From the human T2T-CHM13v2.0 reference genome, Homo sapiens: a stretch of DNA of 64,000 nt. Where the stretch lies: the NCBI RefSeq assembly GCF_009914755.1, contig NC_060927.1, one strand, 5' to 3'. Within the stretch, counting starts at the first letter, position 1. Every line of letters starts with the position of its first letter. A program made the translations under genes and the position numbers. Shown one piece after another: positions 34,045 through 64,000 of this stretch. Below the pieces are notes generated by a model. That model saw nothing but the letters and a program-made list of their open reading frames with translations. It had not been told where the DNA came from and did no database searches.

Positions 34045-35101
34045 CCCCTTTCCTTGTACTCTGGAAACAATCAAATTCAGCATATAGATATATATTCCCA
34101 CTAATTGTCCTCCAATCTTCAGTACAGTCTGTTCATAAAGTAGTCTTGTGTTACTAATATGTAGGGAACTAGCGGATGAGGTGATGTTGAGAGGCCTGGT
34201 GTTCTTTGTGACTCCATCTTTTGATGCTGTCATCACCAGCAACAGCATTATTCCAAAGAAAAGTGTGGTTCTATTTTTCCACGACAAGCAAAAAGGCAAC
34301 CAGAAACCAAGTCAAAGTTGACTTGGAGTCAAGGTCAGTGAGGAGACAGGTTATAGCCAGATGGTCTCTAGGAAGGAAATGAGCCTTGTGTTTTCAAAGA
34401 TAAATATTTAATTACTTACCTTTCCTATAACAAAGTGTGTGTGTTGGTGGAGGGGTGGGTGCAAACCTCATTTGTAAGTGGGAAGGGAACTCAAGCTGTT
34501 TTATGTAAATATCAAAGGAAAGGCTGATCCCAGCAGACTAGAAGGTTGGGATGCTTCCAGGGAGGCAGGTAAACAAGCCACGACGGTAAGTTTAGAGTGG
34601 GTAAGTGAGTGAACTATGAATGTAGCTGATCCTTGAGTCCAGGCTGCGTTGGGAGGCTAGGAATGGGGTGTTGGATAAAGTACACTTACAATTTGGGAAG
34701 GAATCAAGGACTTGGAGTAGACCCTTTCAGAAAAGAGCAAGTAGCTTGGGTGCCTGAGCAGAAGTGGACGGTCAGGAACTGGTGGTCAGTGAGAGAGCAG
34801 AGATCAACATCTTAAAGCCACATTCCTACTGAAGCAAGTCAAGCGCGACTTTACAGAGTGACACACCTTTACAAACTTGTGGGCTGAAAAAGGAATGGAA
34901 TTTTTTTTTCCCCTTTATACCAGACATTTCTGGATTATGAAGAGAGGAAACTTAGATCTTCTCTACCTTTAAAACCAATAAATAAATAAATAAAATAAAA
35001 ATAAAAGAAAGAAGATCTCTGGCTTTACAGGTGATGAATGGTCCACCTAGTTATACTCTTGACTTTCCCTGTAAAAGAACATCGTTAGCCCATTCCATCC
35101 A

Positions 35102-35575
<474 letters not shown>

Positions 35576-35595
35576 AAGCAGTGGTGGTCACGTTA

Positions 35596-35970
<375 letters not shown>

Positions 35971-36186
35971 TTAGGACAGGATGTAAGAGGAGAAGGGAAA
36001 TTAAAGTTAAGCTGAGATAAGGAACAGAAATTCAAAGAGCAGCAAACCACGTTTGTGGATTTCTAAGTTCTTTATCTTAGTCATTTTGCTCTCTGGGCCT
36101 CTGTTTCCTTATCTGTAAAATGATGGGGTTAATCTACTTTTAGGGCCCTGGTGGGTGTCTCCAGGACCATTCTGAAGGGGAGAGCC

Positions 36187-36934
<748 letters not shown>

Positions 36935-37654
36935 GGCTCCCTCAGGCTTATCACAATCTCCTCTTCAGCCAAAGCAAATCCGCTTAGATTTGCTTTGTTG
37001 ATTGGGCTTCTATGTCAGTACCATTTTTTTGAATTTAGAAAACTACTGCTCTAAATGATTTTAAAGGTCTTTACAGCTCTAGGATACTAAGTGTGTCTTC
37101 AGCAGCAATGCCAACAACAGAGATCATTAGCACAGAAAAAGAGCACCAAGAGGAACCTTAGGACGCAGGCTACATTTTGAGACCTAGTTTTAAATATTGA
37201 CTCCTGCTGTTCAAGCCTGCTGGCTTCCTTGTTGTGGGCTGACATTCAAGTGGAGAAGAAATAATTGTGGTATTTCCATGAATATAGCAGCTTAACTTAA
37301 AGACACAAAATCAACCCCAAAGGTTGTTTGTCATTGTGTAGACAAAATAATAACTGGTTAATTGCCTGAATTTTCTTCCTGTTCACTGGTTGTTTTGGTA
37401 TCAAGTATCTATAGCCAAATGTAAGTTCTGTTGAGTGACTTGGCATAAGACCAGCTGTGCATTCAAAAGCAGGTGTAGCCAGCAACAAGCCAGGTGCCTG
37501 GTGGGAGAGCCTGCCAGGAGTTGAGAGATGGCACTTCCCCTATGTAGGCAGTGCATGTTATGCTATATCTTTAGAAATAAGCATCTGTTTACAAATGAAT
37601 ATAACCTTTGCCTGCTTACTCACCTTTCAATCTAGGGAAAAGGACTGCTATAGG

Positions 37655-37845
37655 CCTGTGTGGCAAAACTTGGGTTCAAGTCCAGCTCTGTGCTTATTGC
37701 GTACTTTGGACAAATCACCTATCTTATCTAAACTGGGAGACAATAATATCTACTTTGCAGCACTGCTGTGAAGATTAAATAAGATAATGTATGTGAAAGC
37801 ATTTTGTAAATAGCACGAAGTCTTAAAAATGTAAAGATACATTTA
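37655..37845 (+). mobile_element. MIR
   Basis: ttgggttcaagtccagctctg...ctttggacaaatcac...gtgaagattaaataagataatgtatgtgaaagc. Confidence 0.8.
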
Positions 37846-38518
37846 TGATAATGAATAACGGCACCATATTCAAGCAAACAACATTAGGAAGAAAACACTA
37901 TTACATTCACAAACTATACAAATGCTTTTATGTATAATCAGACAATAAATAATATGTTTATTAACATATCCATGTATTCATTCATTCACTCATTCCTGAC
38001 TACATAGCAGTAGTCCCTGGGGGAGATAAGAAGTCAGTTAAGGGAAAATAGTTAGACAAAAGATACATTTAGGATTTGATGATCAAGCAGTTCAATGTCT
38101 ATTGAGCCAGTACTATGTTCCAGGAGCCAGGTTCCTTCCCTGGGGGAGCACACATCTCCAGTGGAGGGGCTTATAGTCACAGAGGGAAGATAATGGCTCA
38201 GTGAAGTCTGATGAATCCAGAGGATATCCAGAGTTCACCCCCAGCTTGGCAAATGGATGCTGACTGAACACTGATTTGATCTCAAGGCAACTTTCCAGAA
38301 TGTTCGTTGCTCTCCCCATTCTCATTCAATTGCACTCATCATGTCCTGCCTGGATGCTCAGGACTCTCCCAAATGCACTGAATGAACTGCAAGGTACCTG
38401 GGCTAAGCCCAGTTTAGCCTTTCAGAGTAGAATGACTAGACTTGTGGACAACTAGACTAGTAGACTAGTAGAGAGATGGTCCTCAGAGCCTCCCTAACAT
38501 AGTACTGAAGGAAAAGCC

Positions 38519-42299
<3,781 letters not shown>

Positions 42300-42387
42300 T
42301 GAAAATTAGTTTTGCAATCGTCGCCCACTTTGGAATAAAACGAGACTGGAGTTGGAAATGGGAAGATTTTTACATCTTTACAGAGCG

Positions 42388-46898
<4,511 letters not shown>

Positions 46899-47061
46899 TG
46901 ACATTTTAATGACGGAAATGAAGGCGGTTTGATGGGAGGTGGAAGAGCTCTTTAGGTGGTAGGTGAAGTGACTCTGCCAACTGACAGAGCCACCTCTGTT
47001 TGACAATGTCTATGTGAGCCAGGTCCTAAAAATAGGAAGCACTCAATGAGCATTTTTTAGA

Positions 47062-47360
47062 TCAGCTTTTCCCAAAGTCTATTTCATGGAATACTCTCAT
47101 TAAATGCTGCAAACAAGAAGGGTTCTATGGTCAGATAAGTCTGGGAGACACTTTAACTTCCTCTTGGAGATTCGCAAAGTACAAAGGTGTTAAAGGCTCT
47201 AAGAAATCATACAACAAAACAAACAAATTTGTCTGGCTCAGTGTTGCCCAAGCATAGTGAGTGTATCCCTTTAAAAAACATATAACTCTTCTTTTTGTAA
47301 CTCAATTGTAATACCCCAGAATTAGTATTCTAGGGAACACACCAAGGGAGCCACCATCCT
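47062..47360. mobile_element. hAT-Charlie non-autonomous element (MER112/MER102-like)
   Basis: cagcttttcccaaagtctatttcatggaatac...gggaacacaccaaggga termini; subfamily uncertain. Confidence 0.5.
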
Positions 47361-47431
47361 AGATAGTATCATAGACCAGAAGTTACCATTCCTCACCCAA
47401 GGCCCCTTTTGTTGTATTCCCCCACAACCTT

Positions 47432-54528
<7,097 letters not shown>

Positions 54529-54534
54529 TAGAAA

Positions 54535-55078
<544 letters not shown>

Positions 55079-56034
55079 ATCCAAAAGTGAATGTGAAAAA
55101 ATCATCCCAGCAATTAAGGACCTGATATACATTTGGCACATCAGCTCCTGACACCAAAGTGGGGGGTGGCAAGTGTGCTGTCTAGCCTAACTCAGGATTA
55201 GAATTAGAGCCTGAGATTCTTGAGAGAATGCCCTTACTGGTAAGGACTGGTAAGCTCTGTGCTGATGACTCAAAGGATGGGCTCTGTGAGTGTAAGAGAT
55301 TGGACTTGGACCTGTAGCCAGGACGCAGTATTTTCTTATCTTTAACTTCCACAAAGCTCATGTTTATTCTTCTCTCACAAAAGCCAAGCCTAAAGTGCGC
55401 TGCTGAAGGAGTTGTTCCTCTTTGGACAGCTGTGTGTGCCCTATAAATGCCCTCCTCAGATGGAGAAGGAGGAGCTGTGTGCATAGCGCTGTGAGCTGGA
55501 CTGGAAAGCATTTCTGCAGCCCAGTGATACATGCAGAACTACACCCTCGAGAGCCACGGTTCAGTGAAGGGCTAGGAGGGTCTTGCATTCTGGTCATTCA
55601 TTCACCCGGAAAGGCTCAGCACTATCTCGTGAACCTAGTTTCTGGGAAGTCAGGCAACCTGCTTGCACGTACAACTTGGTAAATGATATACTCTAAGGGC
55701 TCATAAAAATTAATCCAGATGCATGCTACAAAGCTGATACCATGAAATCATGAGCAGAGACCTCCTTTCTACTTGAGTCCAGAAAGAGCCAGGCTTTGTG
55801 TTGGTCTACATAGTACCGAGAAGGAAAGAGACTCTACTACCACTTTTCATTGTTGAAACTGTCCATTCTCAGCTCCCCTGGAAAGGGCCCTCACACTCCT
55901 GCCGTAGACACGAAAAAGGTAATAGATGCCGTGGAAGTGGGAAAAGTTGCCTTTGGAGAGGTTTCCAGAATGTTTTCTAATTTGATTGTCTTTCCAAGTC
56001 CCTTCTTTCAATTTAATGAAATAATTATTTTGAA

Positions 56035-56290
56035 AATAATAATAGCTACCATTTATCAAAGACCTAATACGTACCAATTTATTTACACATGTTGTCTGTT
56101 TAATTCTTGCCATCATGTACCATGTTCTGTGGCCATATGCCCTGGGAATCAGAAAGAAGAACTTGCCAAGGTCACACAGCCAGGAAATGAGAGTCAATAT
56201 TCAAGCCTAGATTTCAAAGGGTCAGTATTTAAACCGAGGTTTCTATTCAGACCTAGAAATGAGAGTCAGTATTCAAACCTGCTACCATGG
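56035..56290 (-). mobile_element. MIR
   Basis: aataatagctaccatttat...acttgccaaggtcacacagc MIR motifs in reverse. Confidence 0.75.
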
Positions 56291-56412
56291 CCCACACTTA
56301 TATGAATTCTGCCTCATTAAGATAATGTCTGGGTCATTTTTACTTATTTACTCTGGAGGTAAAATGGACTGCAGTCATGTATGTTTCAAGTGGGAGAAAG
56401 TAAAAGGCTTAC

Positions 56413-58662
<2,250 letters not shown>

Positions 58663-58769
58663 ACCGTTTCTTTTCATTAGAATTTGTGAATGTGTCTCTA
58701 GTTTCTGCCATTGTATGTTACTAGGAATACCTGGGAAGCCAGTCTGATTTTTTTTCACCTTTGTATATA

Positions 58770-59280
58770 TGTGCTAGTCAGGGTTCTCCAGAGAAACAGA
58801 ACCAATAGGATGTGCATGTGTGTGCCTCTGTGTGTAATTTATTATAAGGAATTGGCTTATGCAACTATGAAAGCTGAGAAATCTCAAGACCTGGAGGCAG
58901 CAAGCTGGAGTCCCAGGAGAGCCAGTCTGAGTCTGAATCTGGAGTCCCGAGAACCAAGAGAACTGATGGTTCTAATAGTTCGGTCTAAATGCTAGCATGC
59001 TTGACACCCAGGAAGAACCATTGTTTTAGACCAAGTCGCAAGGCTAGAAAAGCTCTTGTAACCAGGCAGAAAGAATTCTCTTTTCTTCAGCCTTTTTGTT
59101 CTAGTCATGTCTTCAGTTGATTATTTACATTGGGGAGTGCAATCTGCTTTACTCGGTCTATAAATTGAAATGTGAATCTCACCCAGAAACATTTTGACAG
59201 ACACACCCAGAATAATGTTTGAGCAGATGTTTGGGCACCTCATGGCCCAGTCAAGTTGACACATAAAATTAACCATTACA
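58770..59280 (-). mobile_element. MLT2 (MLT2B/D-like) ERVL LTR
   Basis: tgtgctagtcagggttctccagagaaacagaaccaatagga ... cccagtcaagttgacacataaaattaaccattaca; both termini present. Confidence 0.9.
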
Positions 59281-59747
59281 GTGGGCGATGTGCTTTCCTG
59301 GACATCTAAAGAATTCTTTCTTTGTACTTGATGTTCAGTGGTTACTAACTAAGGTAGTTTCTATATTGAGCATTCTATATACAATTTTCTTGGAACCGAT
59401 TTGCATATCCAGATTTTTTTCCTTCACTTGGGGTGAGAGTGTGGAAATTTTTCTACTATTGTATCTTTCACCACAGCTTCTGGTGCATTTGTAGTTTCTC
59501 TAGCACAGAGAAGCCAACGATTATTAGTTGGAATTTTGATCCTTTATTTTTCCTTAATTTATTAGCATTATTTTTATTCTACTTGAATTCATATTTTATG
59601 CTTTATGATTTTATATTCAGTGGTATCTATTCTTCCTTGCCATGTTCTAGCTTACTGATTAGTCCTATGATGATATAGTTTCAGTCACATCTTTTTAATC
59701 TCATTCTGTGGTTTTATCATCTTCTCTTTGAGCTCACACTTTATTGA

Positions 59748-60116
<369 letters not shown>

Positions 60117-60749
60117 TCCTTCTGATCTTTAAGTTGATTTTTCTTCAAGGTCTTTTCTGTCATTCCCTTTTTCCTCCCTCCCTCCCTCCCTCCCTCTTTC
60201 TCTCTCTCTTCTTTCCTTGTTTCTTTTCCTATAGTATGTTTTCAGAGCTTCCATTACATTTATTTTCATTTTTTTCCTGCTTGGTCAATTCTGTTCAGAC
60301 TTGACTCTGTTATGATGTGGAAGACTTCTTGACTTGATTCCCACTGTATTCAATGTGGTTTTCCCTTGGCCAAGGGTTTGAATCTCAGTACTTTTTCTTC
60401 TGTTTATTTTAAGAAGCTAATATGACTTTGGGGGAGCTGAACTGAGGGTTAATAGCTGAGTTAAACCAGCTCTCTCTTGCTCCTCTCAGATTGTTGTCTT
60501 CCTTTCCCTAATCATTGCTTTTGGAAACACAGCATTAGGTCACACCCTTTTTCTTGTTGAGTTGTCTTTGGTGGATCCATGCCTAGGAGTTCTTAAATCT
60601 ATGTTTTGCTCACGTTTCATTTCCTTTCATGTTTTCAGAAGTCTTAACCCAGAAATAGGAATCGTATGAGAGGAAACTGAAGAATTTGACTTGCATTTAA
60701 GTTAAAACAACTTTAAAAAAATTCAGGAAGCACCATCTCAAGGAAACTG

Positions 60750-60849
60750 TATTATACAGGGAAAGAGAACTGGACTGAGCATCAGATAACCTTAAATCCT
60801 AGCCCCAGCTGTAGTATATATAGCTGAAACTATTGAAGAGATATATATA

Positions 60850-60882
<33 letters not shown>

Positions 60883-61010
60883 TCCTTCAAAGAAGTGACT
60901 TCTCAGTTGCAAAATGAGTATCTACCATGACTACTTCATAGAGCTATTGTAAGCGTCAAATTAAATAATTAAATGAAAGGACTTTGTAAATAGCAAAGTA
61001 ATATTCAATA
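60750..61010 (+). mobile_element. MIR containing a (TA)(TG)n(TA) microsatellite at 60841-60882
   Basis: gaactggactgagcatcagataaccttaaatcctagccccagct ... tgcaaaatgag ... gctattgtaagcgtcaaattaaataa. Confidence 0.7.
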
Positions 61011-61077
61011 TAAGGTGTTGTCATTATTTTATTATGATTGTTATTACTAAATCTTTCCTTGTAGAAGATCATCATAA

Positions 61078-61371
<294 letters not shown>

Positions 61372-62057
61372 AGAGAAGTTCTTAGGAAGGGGGTTTAACA
61401 AGGTGAGGGGCGTAGCTTTCTGATTAAGTTACAAGTTTTCCCAAGCATTTACATTTTCCCTGTCCCTAGTCTAATAGAGAGAGGGATTGTGCCTAGTTTG
61501 AAAAATGTTTTTAGCTTATTCTGTATTCATCTCTCATCTCCCTTGAGAATTAATAGGTTTAGACATTTATGCACCTAAAGACAGATGACTAAGTTTCTCA
61601 TATAACTGTATGTTGTTGTACATGTTGGCTAAGTGCCCAAGTAATTCTTGCATTACAAAAGAGTTAATAGTATTAATCATACTTTAATATTTTTATGATT
61701 CATTTTGGATTTCAAGAGATTTGCACTGTTGTTTTTAATTTTGATTACGATTCTTTTCAAAACATAGGCATGAAAAATATTTTCTCTACTGACCTGAAAG
61801 AGAAGAAATATGGAAGCTTGGACCACAAGATTCAGTAGTGAAATTTGTTTATAATACTACTTAAAACTGAAGCATTCAAACAAAATGATTTATTTGCTTA
61901 TGAGTTTTATTTTGAAAACAAAAACTAAATTTTTATTCAGTCTATATAGCATTACTGAATTTTGTAATCCTTCCATTTTAAATATGCATATTTTAAAAAA
62001 GCAATTGACACATGGGTCTAGGTGACATACCCTCATACATGCTAAGAATTAAAATAA

Positions 62058-62448
<391 letters not shown>

Positions 62449-63733
62449 TTAATTGAAGAGTTTTAAAAAGAAACCATTTATATAGTGTCTATAATTTTAA
62501 TTTTAGTTTATAAATTGATTATTCTGCTTTTGCATTCATTTAGCCTACTGTAATAAAAATTTTATAAAATAATTATTGCTGTGTAACTTTGAAACTCAAT
62601 TACAGCTGCAGAAATGGAGTACTGAGATACCAAGTCGGGGAGCAAACAGTTGTAAATATCAGCTTGAGATGGAGTGCTGGTACAGAATGTAAGATTACAT
62701 TTACATGTAGAAAATGGCAGTTTCAGTGTACACAGGTTTGGCTCTGCTGCCATCCTAAGTCATACCTGTGTTAATGAAATGGTCTTCTCAACTCAGCATT
62801 AGGCAAGACTTAAGTTTTTACCATAGAAACATTATTCCTACTGCTGTAGTTCAGCGAACCGTCCACTGAGATTTATAGCGAAGTTCTAAGGTATATTTTG
62901 GCTGTGTTTGTTTTTAGGACTCATGTTATTTTGAAATAAATTTATCATATTAGTTGGAAGTGTGTCTCTTCTAGATCTATTTTCTTTACTACTTATCAGC
63001 ATAATCATTTCAAATCTCGGGTAGAGATTGAAAATTGAGCATTTGATTTCAATATACTATATGAAAGGCCATTACACAGAATTTACTGCACTGTTTTTGC
63101 ACCATTAGCACAAAAAAAGAAAAAAAGGGTGAAAGAGGCCTCTTGAGAAGAATTAGATATTTCCATCTGGCAGTATATGCAGGGTGTGGTGTTTTTATTC
63201 ACTAAAACTAATAAATTATTTTTATTTCAAATTCAGCCTATTTCCCGGGTTGTTTTCATGTATCACGAACACAAAAAATGGCCAATATATATTAAGGAAT
63301 ACCAGTGCTAACGTATCTTAGTGGAAATATCCGATCAAATACCCAATATTTCCTTTAATCTTGGGTAAAAAAGTTGATTTGTGGTTAAATTTGTCAAGAT
63401 AGACACAGTGTGCTTTTCTGACTTTTTTTACTTCACTCTTATTCTGATTCAACAACTGATATTTTACATATGCTTACAACATTTTTCTATTCTCAATAGC
63501 ATGGTGAAGTTAATTCTGAATAAAGACACCTAGAGTTTCATCACAGATCGATAACTTGTGTGTGACACTTAATCTTTATGTCCTCAATTCCCATCTGAGA
63601 AAGGAGAAATTCTGGGGTGGGGGTGGGTCACACAAAGGTTCTCCGAGAGCCACTCTTGGCTCAGGAACCACTCAGGGAAGCCTGGCCAAGTAAAAATCTA
63701 GGTTCTTCCACTCCCATTTTAGCCAAAGCAGTT

Positions 63734-64000
63734 TTACTTTTTTTATTTTTATTTTTTATTTTTTGAGACGGAGTTTTGCTTTATGACCGAGGCTGGATTG
63801 CAATGGATGTGAACTCAGCTCACTGCAGCCTCCGCCTCCCAGGTTCAAGCGATTCTCCTGCCTCAGCCTCCTGAGTAGCTGGGATTACAGGCATCCACCA
63901 CCATGCCCAGCTAATGTTTTGTATTTTTAGTGGAGACAGAGTTTCACCATGTTGGCCAGGCTGGTCTTGAACTCCTGGCCTCAGGTGATCTGCCCACCTT
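63734..64000 (-). mobile_element. Alu, cut by the window end
   Basis: T-rich tail followed by reverse Alu running to position 64000. Confidence 0.93.

Noticed and set aside
34307-34337. 9-bp inverted repeat ccaagtcaa-ag-ttgacttgg next to TCAAGGTCA (NR5A/ERR motif)
   Set aside because: About one such short palindrome is expected by chance in 64 kb; no further support.
38434-38470. Short actag/gactagta reiteration
   Set aside because: Tiny slippage repeat with no structure suggesting function.

Overview
Primate (almost certainly human) non-coding genomic DNA, dominated by repeats. By hand count it holds roughly 85 Alu copies or fragments (over a third of the window), plus old L1M, L2 and MIR relics, MaLR/ERVL LTRs and small DNA-transposon fragments. 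The two most informative features are (1) a full-length processed pseudogene of argininosuccinate synthase ASS1 (52071-53647, minus strand), inserted with an 11-bp TSD into an old L1 and apparently retaining the optional 5'UTR exon, and (2) an intact ~1.6-kb ERV9 solo LTR (LTR12C-like, 25853-27448, minus strand) with its CCAAT/GATA repeat array. I see no intact protein-coding exon, tRNA, rRNA or CRISPR array; nearly all listed ORFs are Alu, microsatellite or LTR artefacts. I cannot support a previously undescribed biological system. The best second-look observations are local rearrangement scars: an apparent fold-back template switch between inverted Alus at ~32.5-33.0 kb, an inverted-Alu deletion junction at 22.7 kb, and nested or duplicated Alus. 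Subfamily names come from recalled consensus sequences, and repeat boundaries are approximate.
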